A DNA stretch of 64,000 nucleotides from positions 28,894,001 through 28,958,000 of the forward strand of contig NC_087245.1 of NCBI RefSeq assembly GCF_037042905.1. Direction: 5' to 3'. Positions 1 to 13,300 of this stretch are shown here, in pieces. Every line of letters starts with the position of its first letter. Positions within the stretch are counted from its first letter, which is position 1. The stretch comes from Lytechinus pictus (Eukaryota). Under the pieces are notes generated by a model. That model was not told the DNA's origin, made no database searches, and worked only from the letters and a program-made list of their open reading frames with translations. A program made the translations under genes and the position numbers.

Positions 1-400
1 TATATAAATATGGATTATGATATATATTTATGTTGATTTATAAGAATAAAGCGAAGAAGTAACTATTACGACTACCCCTTCAAAGAAAAAAATCATGTTC
101 GAGCGGCCGATCGGGGAAAATATGACTGAATTTTTTTTTCAGGATAACAAACATTGGCAGAATGTCCAAATGTTAGGAAAAATAAAAAATAAAAAATAAA
201 TTGGCGCGCTTCGCGCTCGCATTATATATATAAGGATTATGAAGTATATTTATGATGATTTATAAGAATAAAGCGAAGAAGTAACTATTACGACTACTCC
301 TTCAAAGAAAAAAAATCATGTTCGAGCGGCCGATCTATGAAAATATGGCTGAAAAAAAATTCCGCCCCCCCCCTATTGGCGAAGGCTGGATCCGCCCCTG
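1..400. mobile_element. Right part of a non-autonomous DNA element with ~220-bp internal duplication
   Basis: 1-140 is repeated at ~225-360; ends ggctggatccgcccctg, a terminus similar to the other CAG...CTG MITEs in the window. Confidence 0.55.
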
Positions 401-660
401 ATTATCATATATTGAGCATGCATTTTGAGACTACTATGTAACTATGATCAAACTGTTGCAACATGGGTAGATGGTAATGCATACGGTGTTGGGATTTCCC
501 GTTATTGTTCATGAATTTTGCTTTGTGATATATCTTTGACGTGCAGTCCTTGTTGAAAGATACCGTTTAAATGTCAGACGCCATATTTATAATTCGTGTA
601 ATCACTGATATTATTTGATGAACAGAACCGAATGTGAATATCAGCAGAATTAGTACCAAA

Positions 661-739
661 ATGGCGGATTTGATGTTAACTTCTCTCCATATTTATCTAC
701 CAGTACTACTGATGTTGTGTACCCTAGCAACGTGTAAAT
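661..739 (+). CDS. Exon 1: signal peptide MADLMLTSLHIYLPVLLMLCTLATCK
   Basis: ATG in good context (accaaaATGG); hydrophobic core; phase-1 donor t|gtaagt at 740 is compatible with the Ig exon. Confidence 0.75.
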
Positions 740-1247
740 GTAAGTTCGCTGGCTCGTTGGCTGGCAAAACAAACATGAATGTGAATTATGAACGTATTTG
801 TGTAATTTGTGCACATAAGTATTTAACGGTTTGGTATTCCTAGCAGTAAATGAATCTTGAAAAATTGTATTTTTATTAACCCCATTTATCAAAAAGCTAA
901 ATGTTTTCTTCTTTTTCTTCTTTATCAGATCTTATAGGTAGTATAATAAATAATATCTTTTGTATTGATGATGGTGATGAAAATAGTGATGATGACAATG
1001 ACGACGACGACGATGATGATGAAAATGGTGATGGTGGTGGCGGTGATGATAATGATAATGCTGACGACAGTGGCGTACCTAGGATTTTCCACAGGGGGGG
1101 CAAAACCGTCCGCCCAAAAATTTGACAAGCAAGGTCTTCGATCATAAATAAAGGATTTCGTTCCAGAAAAAAATTGACAAGCAAAAAAAAAAAAAAAAAA
1201 AAAAATCGATCATAAATAAAGGATTTCGTTCCAGAAAAAAATTGACA

Positions 1248-1284
<37 letters not shown>

Positions 1285-1329
1285 TCTTCGATCATAAATA
1301 AAGGATTTCGTTCCAGAAAAAAATTGACA

Positions 1330-1364
<35 letters not shown>

Positions 1365-4300
1365 TCTTCAAGCTCGTCAAGGGGGGCAAAAAAGGTTTTT
1401 CAAGTCCGTCAGGGGGGGGCAAAGATACGTTTTTGCATGGGTTGTGACTCGTCAGGGGGGGCAGAGTGCCCCCCCTGCCCCCCCCCCGTAGGTACGCTAG
1501 TGGCTGACGATGGTGATGATGATGGTGGTGGTGATGACGACGACGACGATGATGATGGTGGTGGGGATGATGATAATGATTTGTTGATGAGGGTGGTGAT
1601 GATGATAGAGATGATGATGGTGACGATGGTGAAAAGTAAAAAAAAAAACTTTAAAAGTAAAAAGAAAAAAAAAAACCTAATTCAGATATTGGTGGGTATT
1701 ATACCCGACTGGTCACAGCCACCAGCTGAACGGCTTTCAATCATCTCCGAGGCATCGGTATATGTGTAACTTCATGCGTTACGCATCCCAAACCCACCGT
1801 GCCCATGGAGTGTAAGATATCAACTTAGCTATCTCGCATCCTATAATCATAACCACGATATAATAACATCATTAGTTATAGTCAAAACATCAGCTGCATT
1901 GAAAATAATTATTATAATAATGAGTGATAAAGAATTAAAGATAATAATGATAGAGAAAACGATGATGATGATGATGATGATGATGATAACGACGATACTG
2001 GGTTACGTACCCCTCGGGTCCTCGGTGGAGCAGGTGGAGCAAGGTTGCTTCACAATGACGTCATGCCTAAATCCGGATATGACATCATCATGACTATGCA
2101 CGATGTAATTGTGACGTCATACCTAAAAACGAATATGACATCATCATGACTATGCAAAATGTCATTGTGACGTTTCGGCTGCAAGCTGCTAGACTTCGTC
2201 AGGCAATGAACAAAGACTGTGTGTGTGTGTGTGTAATTGAGTTTTGTCAGACGTGTATCAATCAGATATGATTATTTACGTCTGGGACCGACCTTTAACG
2301 TCACCATCCGAAAGACCAGGGCTCGAACCTCTGCATCAATTTGTAACATCCCCATATAGCTTGGATTACAGGCGCACGCCACAACGCCCACGCCCACGAC
2401 GCTATTATCTGGCTCCACTCGGGCGTGAGCCGCGCTGTGATTGGCCGATGCCGCTGGCCAATCAGGGTCCGCGCTGGTGCTTGGTGCCCGCTGGAGCGTG
2501 CACCGTGCGCTGTGACTGGCCGATGCAGCCGGCCAATCAGCATCCGCGCTGGTGTCAGGCACCCGCTGGTGCGGGCGCCGCGCGCTGTGAACGGTGGATG
2601 CAGTATGCCGTCGGATGGTAGGTAACCATTCATCAGGGATCTCAATGCCGCTGTCCCTGTTGATATTACTCGGGTGCAAACGATTCTGAATCGCTTCCTT
2701 AATGCGCCGCGTACACCAATGCTTATCATTAGCAATGCAGCTGACCTCATCCCAGTTAGGTGGATGATCGGAGTCCCAAGCATGTTCTGCAACAGCAGAG
2801 CTATCAGTGCGCCTCAGCCGAACATCACGGCGATGTTCCTTCATGCGTTCCCCCACAGGTCTACCAGTCTCACCGATGTAGACTTTGTCGCAAGTCGAGC
2901 ATGGGATCTTATAAACAACCCCATCGCGTCTGTCGGGGATCGGGCGGTCTTTCGGACGGACCAGCTGGCTGCGGATGCTGTCGGACTTGAATATAACTCG
3001 GATGCCATGCTTCTCCAAGCGCCGGCGGAGAAGATGCGCGATACCATTAACAAACGGAATTACTATAGCGGATTTAAATTGCGTAGGCTGTTCGGACGGA
3101 GCGCTCTTCTTCTTAGCGACGCGGTTAACGAAGGAGCGCGGGTAACCGTTAGAAATAAGAGCCGAGGTGATGTGTTGCTTCTCTGTAGCTGTGCAATGGG
3201 GCTTAGTAACGATGCGTGAAGCTCTGTCATAAAGACACTTCACTACCCCGCGCTTAACGGACTTCGGGTGATGCGAATCATAAGCAATGTACTGATCGGT
3301 GTGCGTGGGCTTCCTGTATACGGTGGTGTACAATCGGCCGCTGGTGTCACGGTGCACCATAGTGTCTAGAAAGGCAATGCGCTCGTTGCACTCCATCTCC
3401 ATGGTGAAACGGATGGATGGCTGCTGCGAATTCATGTGGCTCAAAAGGTCATTGGCGGCGGATCTATGCGTGATAATAAACGTGTCATCTACATATCGCT
3501 TCCAAACTCTAGGGGCGCAGTCGGGCGGGCAAATAATCAGTGCGCGTTCCTCAAAGGCTTCCATGAACAGGTTAGCGATCACTGCGGAAACAGGGCAGCC
3601 CATGGCGGCTCCTTCTTGCTGTTCGTAGAAATTGCCGGCAAACATGAAAAAAGTAGATTGCAAAACAAAACTCAAAAGCTCAGTTACCTGGGCCGGAGAT
3701 AACTGTGTGCGCTCGGGTAGACTCTCATCACGTTCGAGTCTGGTAAGTGCGACCTTGCATGCGGCGTCAATGGGTACATTGGTAAACAATGACACCACAT
3801 CAAATGAAACCATGTCCTCATGTTCCTGTATGGTTTCGCTGCGCAGGAAATCAACAAACGATGCGGAGTTATGGACAGCATGTCCATTGGAACCGACTAA
3901 GGGAGCAAGAATATCAGCGAGATACTTAGACGTGTTGTAAGCAAACGAACTCACACATGATACAATTGGACGGAGCGGAATGTCAGCTTTATGGATTTTA
4001 GGTAGTCCATAGATCCTGGGCGGTTGCTTCTGCGACGGTCTTAGCTTACGGTAGGTAGAATCATCGATGTCACCATTCTTGTGAAAGCCGCGAAGAATAG
4101 TGGAAAGCTTGCGGGAGAGGCGATCGGTCGGGTCCTTCCCAATAGCGCGATAGGGGCCGGATTCAATTAACTCGGACATCTTGATGCGGTAGACATCGGT
4201 GTCCAGAATAACACTGGCGCGGCCTTTTTCTGCTGGTAAAATCATAATAGACTCGTCTTCCTTGAGCGATTTCAAGGCTTTGCGCATGCCGGGAGTAATG

Positions 4301-7300
4301 TTAGGTTTAGGCGGTTCGGCGGAGGAGAGGATAGCATTTATCTCTCTTCTTACGGAGCCGATGGTCTCGGCATCAAGCGAACGGATGGGAGATTCCACCT
4401 TTGCAACAATCTCGGTAGCGGGAACACGCTTCGGGGCTACTGAAAAGTCCCTTGGCGAGCAGCGCACTTTCATCAGAAGTCAGTTTGCGTTTAGACAAAT
4501 TGACGACCCGAGAGTTAGTATCGGCACATACGGAAACATCCTTACCCTCTAAACTAATCTTGCGATACTTATCCTGTTGTCGGGACTTGCACTTCTCAAA
4601 TTCGTAGCGGTAGATATATTATATCGTCGAAAAGCTGTAGAGCACTGTTGTAGTGCTCTTCAGCGAGCGCGGAACGGACAAGGGTATAGTCCAGGATAGA
4701 AGGGGTCGAACCTTGTTTTTTTTATATATACAATGTTTTTTTATGGTTTCTTGTCAATTCGAGGGTGCTGATTCCGAATCTGAATGATGCCACTCGTGTA
4801 ACCTTGAGCATTTTCTGCAAATTGGCAAAATCCAACATGGCCGCCAAAACATTCAAATTACCCATGAAAATCATAAAATTGTCCACACATTGGCTATAAA
4901 GTACATGCAATTGTGCTGCCGGAGTGAAATAATATCTGAAAAAAATGATTTTTCTCAAAATATTTATTTTCTTGATATCAAAATGGCCGCCATCATAGAC
5001 CCCTGTACAATATGAATGGGGAAAATTAATTTTTACAAAATTGAGCACTGAAATGCAAGTAATTATGATCTATGAGTGAAGCAATGTCTGACAACATGAT
5101 TGCTAACGATATATATCATTTGTTATGTCAGTAATATGTGATAAATCCTGTATTTTGATATTCAAAATGGCATCCAAAAGCCCTAAAACTATTATGTACA
5201 ATGTGAATGGTGACACAAAAAAATCACAAGAGTGAGCACTAAAATGCATTTTGTTTAGATAAACGAGTGGAATACTGACTAAAAGCATTATTGTTAAGGA
5301 AATTTATTATTTAACATGCCATGTATGTGATAAACCCTGTATTTTGATATTTAATATGGCCGCCAAAGGCCCTAAAATTATGATCTACGATGTGAGAGAG
5401 GACAAAAACAATCACAAGGTGAGCACTAAAACGTTTATTTTTTGTGGTAAATTAATGGAATACTGTCTTCAAATATAATTTGCAACGAAATATATTATTC
5501 GGGTTTCATATTTGTGTTAAATAATGTATTTTTACTTTCAAAATGGCCGCCAAAAGACATTGACTATATTATATACAATCGATCTGGGAAACCAATTTTC
5601 ACAGGAGTCAGCACCATAACATGCATATAATTGTGATTTAAGAGTAAAATATTGTCTGAAAACATAATTTCTAACAAGATATATCATTCATTCTGCCAGG
5701 TAGGTGATAAATAATGTATTTTGAAAGTCAAAATGGCCGCTACAGGCCCTAGCGGTAGGCCTATTATGTACTTTGTGAATGGGAACATATAATTTTAACA
5801 GAATTTGGCTTTGCTTGACTAAATGGTGTTGCATGTATGAGTGAAATATCGTCTGAAAATATGATTTTGTAACCAAATAGATAATTTCTTATGTTATTTA
5901 GGTGATAAATGCTATATTTAAATTTCAAAATGGCTGCAATATGTTTCTTTGTGGAAATTATCTTTCCCCATTCAAATTGTACATATTAAGATAAGGGACT
6001 ATGGCGGCCATTTTTCATTTTTAAAAGGCTGCATTCATCACCTTTATGACACAAGCTATGATATATTTCGTTAGAAATCATTGGGTTTAGACAATACTTA
6101 ACACTTACATCAAAATAAGCCATTTTCATAGTAAAAATTTTGTCAAAATTATCTGTCCCCAGTTACAATGTACATACTACTTTGGGCTATGGCAGCAATT
6201 TTGAATTTCAAAGTAAGGCCTTTATTACCTTCTCAACCATTATGTGATGCATTTAGTCAGAAATCATGTTCAAGACAAAATTTTACCTATACATCACATA
6301 GTTACGTGCGTTTTTGGTTCTCATTCTGGTGATGATTAGTTTCCCTATACGCATGTTACAGAATTTGTAGGGGCTTGTGCGGCCGTTTTGAAAGTCAAAA
6401 TACAGTATTTATCACCTACATGGGAGAGGAAATGTTATATTTCATTTAAAAAATCACGTTTTCAAACAATATTTTCCTTATACAACAGAATTATATGGAT
6501 TTCATAGTCAGGCAAATCTTAATTCTTTCAAAAGTATTTATCCCCATTTACATTGTAGATAATACTGTAAGGGCCCATATGGGCCATTTTGAATTTTACA
6601 ATACAGCATTTATCTCATGCATGAAAAAGGAAATGATATGTTTCGCCAGAAAACATGTTTTTAGACAATATTTCACTCGTAGATTACAATTACATTCATT
6701 TTATTGTTTTTACTCTTGTGAAAATTAGTTTCTTCATTCGCTTTGTTCATAATACAGATAGGGCCTATGGCAGCCATTTTGAATGTCAACATGCAGCATA
6801 ATTACCGAAATTGCAAGGGAAATGATATGTTTCGTTATAAATCCTTGTTGTCAGACAGTGTTACACCAATATTTCGCAGTTATTGGCATTTTAAAGTCAA
6901 ACAAATTCAAAGGTTGTGAAAATTGTTTGTCCCCTTTTATATATTGTACACAGTATAATGGGTCTATGACAGCCATTTTGAATATCATAATACAGCATTT
7001 ATCACATTAGATAGTATACAAATGACATAGTTTTGTTAATAGTCATGTTTTCAGACAGTAGTCCACTCGCAGGTCACAATCACATGCAATAATAGTGCTC
7101 TTGTTTGAAAAAATATTTTTCCCCATTCATATTCTACATAATTAAGTATACAGGGGTTATGGTGGCCATTTTGAATATCAATAAAATAAATATTTTGTCA
7201 AATATTGCTTTTCCAAGTGGGATTTCACTTCTGCACAACAACTACATGCATTTTATAGCTAATGTGTGGGTAATTTTATGATTTTCATGGGTAATTTGCA

Positions 7301-10300
7301 TATTTTGGCGGCCATATTGGATTTTGCCAATTTGCGGAAAATGCTCAAGGTTACAAGAGTGGCATCATTCAGATTCGGAATCAGCACCCTCGAATTGACA
7401 AGAAATCATCCAAAAACATTGTATATCTAAAAAAACAAGGTTCGACCCCTTGTCTATGGGGCCTATCCTGGACTAGTAGTACTGGACTCAATCTCGGCGC
7501 GGATAGACTTAAGAGTCATGCGGGTGAGGCGGATTCTTTCGCGAAGGAAAAGGCGGGAGGTCCTCTCGGCGATGATGCGTGCTGACTTGGTGGGTACTGG
7601 CGGGCGAACTCTAAGATCTTTCGGGATAACGGTGTTCTTGATGCAACGGGTTAGGAAGGTGAGATGGTTGGAAAATCTCGCGAGTTTCTTCGAGCAGCGT
7701 TTTATGATTATCATAAAAAGTAATGATTAATTATTAATAGTAATTTCAAATAAACAACTACGAAAAAAAAATTCCAACCTTTGTATTGATATGTTTATTA
7801 AGTTGATCGTCAGACATTCGTTATGTTTTCATAGCAATTTTGTTTGGACTGATAATAATAAAGATAATGATAATAATTAAAATCATAGCAACGATATTAC
7901 TAATGCTACTACGACTTATATTATTAATAAAGAAGTAAAATTCACTATTGAATATTGATAGTTCTGATGACTAAAATAGTGTTAAAGATAATAATAAAAA
8001 TAACGAAAATAGTAAGTATAAATATTGTTAATTCTGATGAAGAAAATAGTGTCGAAGATAATAGTATTGAAATAACGACAATGATTATATAATTAATGGT
8101 AATGATGATAACAGTATTGCTAGATAGCAGCGACTATTATGATATACATACCTTTGCCATCCCTGGGTCTTGCAGGTGAGGTTGATGAACAGAACATAAA
8201 TGGCTGGCTTGGGCAAGATAATGTACGACTACCTTGTAACTTTCATCAAGATGTAATAGTTGCGCAACTATTACATCAAGATGTAATAAGTGCGTTGTAC
8301 TGGTCTAAAATGAGAGACCCAACCAAGGCTGAAGAGGAAGACTCAACCAAGGCATCCTATTTTAAAAAGCAGCTGAATAGCTTGGAGGACCGGTTTACTT
8401 TGAACGAGGATTTTTCTCTCTCCATCAGTGACCTTCAAGTAGCGGATGAAGGGAGATACCTTTGTCAAGTTGAGTTCGAATCAGACAAGAGTCTGTTAAT
8501 GTACCAGACACTGACCGTGTACGGTAAGAATGCATTTTTTCCAATCATCAAAATAAAAAATTCTTGTTGGAATGTTTAATCAAACGTTGATGAATACAAC
8601 AGAATGCGAATAAAGCACACCAACAGTTAGATGTATGCTTACACCCTCGCCAACATTCACAAACATTATAAATATACAGTGTGTCCCACAAAAAACGAAA
8701 CCGAGATTTAGCGATGATTTATCATAACTTAATCATAAATACAATAGACAAATGACCTACCATTGTAAAGCTTAGAATCTCCTCTTTCATCTGAAATTAC
8801 ATTGATTATTCCTCATTCACGCATGAGTGAGCAAAAACAATTTGAAGAAAGGATACCAAAAAATCATTTGGCAGGGGGTATTTGAATTTCAAAAAGAAAA
8901 TCCCATGCCTAAAAAGTTCAATATCTGCTCTGTTATTTGATACCTTAATCACAGAAAACGGTCAAGAAGTAAAAAAGTTATGTTCCCTCGAAACAATGCT
9001 TGTATTTCCATAATTTCATTAAATAAACGTGTTTTCACCAGTTTCCCACAGAAGCTATCGCACGGTTAACAAAAGACTTAAAGGTATTGTTTGACTTAGT
9101 GAGCAGCCGATTAAAAAAATTCTTAAACCTAGATAAAACATGTGTACAAGTGCATGTATTAGAACTAATAAACCCTGAAAACAACCATTATTGAGAATGA
9201 AAAGCTAAAACTACAAGGCAAACCCCGATTTTGTAAATAGGTGTCTTATCCTAAATAGTACACATAAGTGTATGGGATGAAATTAAGATGGTGTTTTCGG
9301 TCACTTTATATTTCGATTTTTGAAGCACTAAATAATTATTTTCGAACGCAATTTTTTCTGGGCTTCATTTTTGTAACATATCACAGACACAGGTGACAAG
9401 TGTGACCTTCTAGCTCAGATTTTTTAAAAGTCAAACCAATGTTAACCAATCACTTTAATGCATGGAGCTATTAATAGCTCTATGCTTAATGCATGGCTGA
9501 TCGTCAACAAAACGGAGTGTCGAGTGAGTCTGAACGCTCTCCTGTAAAACCTCTTCATTTTATGAAATTATTGAAAATCAAGCCTTATTTCAAATAACCA
9601 AAACTTTGTTATTTGTTGACCATTTTCTAAAAATGAGGTATCAAATTAAAGAGCAGATATTGAACTTTTTAAAAATGTGGTTTTCGTTTTGAAACCCAGA
9701 TACAGCCCGCCAAGTGACTTTTTGATATCCCCTCTTCAAATTGTTTTTGCTCACTCATGCGTTAATGAGAAATAATCTAAGTAATTTCAGATGAAAGAGG
9801 AGATTCTACACTTTACAATGGTAGGTCATTTGTCTATAGTATTTGTGATTAATTTATGCTAAATCATCGATAAATCTCGGTTTCGTTTTTTGTGGGACGC
9901 ACTGTATATATATATATATATATATATACATATATACATACATATATACATATTGATTTAAGCCGCACGCCTACCATAGTTCTCTTCATTAATTTTCTTT
10001 CACAACACATCTAGATACAAGAGTTGCCAAATGTACTTGTATTTAGTTGCTGATGTACATATTATATTTTATCTTATATAATACAGTCAGATAAATCGTT
10101 CGAAATCGTCACCTTTGAAATAGACCTGAGGATAATCCATAGTCCAGATTTTGACTGCAGAATGGTGGTAGTGGTGACCTTTCTGCCCATCCAGTTACTC
10201 GGTTAACCTCTGATATTAAACGTACACGTCGACCCAATTGAAGCAACTACCCCACTGGAATGGATAGTGTCCCACAGTGTGTGTCACAATGTGTTCACAG

Positions 10301-13300
10301 TGTGGAACACAATGTGAAATCACCTTCACACTTGAATTTGAGAATTTTAATTACAGTGTGAGTAATATCACATAGTCCATTATGTGAACAAACTGTTATC
10401 ACACTGTGGTCTTTCTAGCAGGAAAATTGTTAAACAGGCATTATTCATGAACACTGCAAAAATGGGAATATTAAACAAGTCAGCTATATGTTGCGAGAAG
10501 AACTGGCAAAAATTAAATATCAATATGATCGATGTGTGTGTGTATACACAAATACACAGCAAGTCGAGGAAAAGCGTAAAAGGTGGCCATTCCTTGTAAA
10601 GACGGACGCGATACGACAAAAAGACGCCATCGCGCTAGTTTTGGACTGCTTTTACCGTGACTACATCTGTCCAGTTTGGTCTGGGTGCTTTATCAGTTAA
10701 TCACTCCTCCAGTTTTTCGAGGCTGAACTTTTTTTCTCTCAATTATTCCCTGGGATGTGGACATTGGTTTCAAGTCAGGGTTTGACTTGGAGCTTATCGG
10801 TGCTAGAGGCTGTTTTTTCTGAGAGCATGTCTGATCCAGCCCCACTTCACAAAACCTGTTTTGCTTCTGGTTCTCGAGGCGCTCATTCTTAATTCCTAAT
10901 ATTCCCAGGAGAATGGATGCTGTAAGTTCACCACAGTCAATTATTATCGAAAAACGCATTGACCCTTCTCTTATTTTCTCATCATCTCTGTTACACAGAT
11001 CAATTTTTGTCATCGCATTGAGATTAACATTCGAAGCTTGCATTGGCTCCTCTGCATACAGTATCTTGCTCGAAGTTCAGATGCTTTTCAGTGTGATGAA
11101 GGCCGACCTTGGCTTACCTATCTTTTCTCCACACGATCCAACCACACTTCCCCAGTTAGTGCGTACATTGTTTCAAATCACTAATTGGTCTCAGACGACT
11201 ATCAATGGCGTGGTATAGCCGTGGCATTGATATTTATCACCTCGGTTTTCTTCATGTTGATTCTCAGTCCCGTATAGATTGTACCTTTTAGACGATTGGC
11301 ATATCATGTTTCATCTGGTTATTATAGTGTGACTGGCGAGGACAAGGTCTTTCAGATGTGTCCGGAGCGTTCCTCTCGCTTGTCGTCGTAGTCTTCATAA
11401 TCTTGTCAATGGATAAGAGCTAGAAGACGAACGGTGACAGGAAGCACCCTTGACGTACTCCGGTCTTCAACATGTTCAACTCGAAGTTTCCGACACCTGG
11501 GGCCCGTAACACAAAGGTTAGCAATGATCGTAGAACATTGTAGCCAATGGAATCAATCGTAGAAATCAAGCTTACGATTAATCACTAACCTTTGTGTTAC
11601 GGGACCCTAGTCAGCATGATCAATCTTGCATGTCAAGTTTTGAAAGGTGTTCCTGTTGAGTGAAATGATTTATCCTCAGCTTCGTATTTCCTCAGCCTCA
11701 TTCCACAGGACGGACTTTTAAGACCACCGAAAGAGCGAATACTGGCAAGGATTTTAGCCATTGGCAAGACTCCAATACATGGAATTTGTGATATATGTGG
11801 AATGGCTTAAAGAAAAAAAAACCTACCAGGGGCGTTGATCATTGGGATTGGGTGGGGCCCGTGGGGGTACAGTGCCCCACAGTTTGAAGCACTAAAAGTG
11901 TCCCTTTTAATTCACCCAGGACAAACTGCCCCTTACAAACATGTTCAATGCCCCTTTCATCCTACAAGGACCCGTTGTATGTGTTCATGAGTGCACCACT
12001 GCCTTCTTCTTATAAGTGTCCGTTCTCGTATCTCAGTGATAACCATCCTCTAAAACCACTCTTTCCATGCCCGGTCAGCGCCCTTTTTCCTTATTAAGTG
12101 CTCTGCTCCCTTCTGCAACTCCATTTTTTGATTGATAAATCCCCTTCAAAAGGTTACACTTTTTTAATCTGCACTTTTTTAAATCTGAATAAAATTTGGT
12201 ATAAAAGTATTCATACTCATATCAGTGATTAAAACAATTATTCCAGTCTAAGACCAATATCTTCACCACCTCATGTGCAAATTGTAATTACAAAATGGCT
12301 TATGAAAAAGAAGCGATTCACAGATTGGCCAGTTATTCTCTCTTTCTCTCTTTCTACCCACTATTAAAAGAACAAGGGATGTTTCCATCGCAATATATCA
12401 TCATATTTAGCGTACTCGGGTTCTTCATTCTGATCGCTCTCGTAGCCATCATAACTGTTCTTTGCAGAGGAGCTACAACTCGCACTATCAAAGGTACAAT
12501 AATTAGCTACTATAACATTTTAGATAAATTTTTACTTAGCTACATTGCGTAAAGATCGTTGAGACATAGTGCGACGAGCCAATGAATATATATGTCTTCT
12601 CATTTTCTGCTTCAAGAATGTAAATAAAAAGACTTTTGATTTTAATATCTATCAATCTATTATTGCTTCAACTCTGCAATTTTGTATGGGAAAAAAATAT
12701 TTTTTTTACAGATTTCTCAAGAAAAATGAAAAGGGGAACGTGGCATCATCGTTTCATTCATCGCATTTTCATGATTGGGTATTTTTCATTCCATTTTGTT
12801 TGCCATTGTTTTGGTCTTTAAATTAGATTTCTTTAAATCATACAACTTTTTCAAGATTTGGGCAATTCTATAAATTTTGTCATATCAAAACCTAGTTTAC
12901 AAGGTGTGTTGCCTATGGCGCAACACCATGACATCCCCATAAAAATCTTGAGATGCCACCAGTCTACAAAGTGTGCAGCATTTTTAATGGTTTAATTTCC
13001 ATTGTACTAAAATGAAAGTAAAATGTGTTTCATGGCACACGATATGAAAACAAAGTTTTCATGTCGTGCATTATGGACACGGAAATAAAACGAATAGGCA
13101 CAGGTTAGAATGGTAAGAAGTAAAGGTATTTCGAAAGTACAAAGCAAGTTCTTTATGGTAATACAATCACTGAATTATCATATTCACGTGTTTATTGTAG
13201 CTCTGATATCATTAAAAACCAGGGACCTGTAAACGAATTTTAACAGGAGGTGCTGGTTTGAATTAGGCAAGCAAAAAAATTCAATAGAAAATTAATGCCA

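Larger units (their letters stand above)
2000..7700 (-). mobile_element. Penelope-like retroelement, 5'-truncated, frameshifted, interrupted at 4687-7475
   Basis: RT+GIY-YIG ORF. Upstream frames give VVNLSKRKLTSDESALLAKGL (~4450-4510) and, beyond the insertion, LARFSNHLTFLTRCIKNTVIPKDL. A hammerhead-like motif lies at the 3' end. Confidence 0.92.

Noticed and set aside
897..2093. ORFs rich in Asp/Met/Phe/Lys
   Set aside because: They are translations of (GAT)n microsatellites and poly-A tracts in a MITE.
2244..4552. Multiple + strand and alternative-frame ORFs over the Penelope RT
   Set aside because: Shadow ORFs of a GC-rich coding sequence, with no recognisable motifs.
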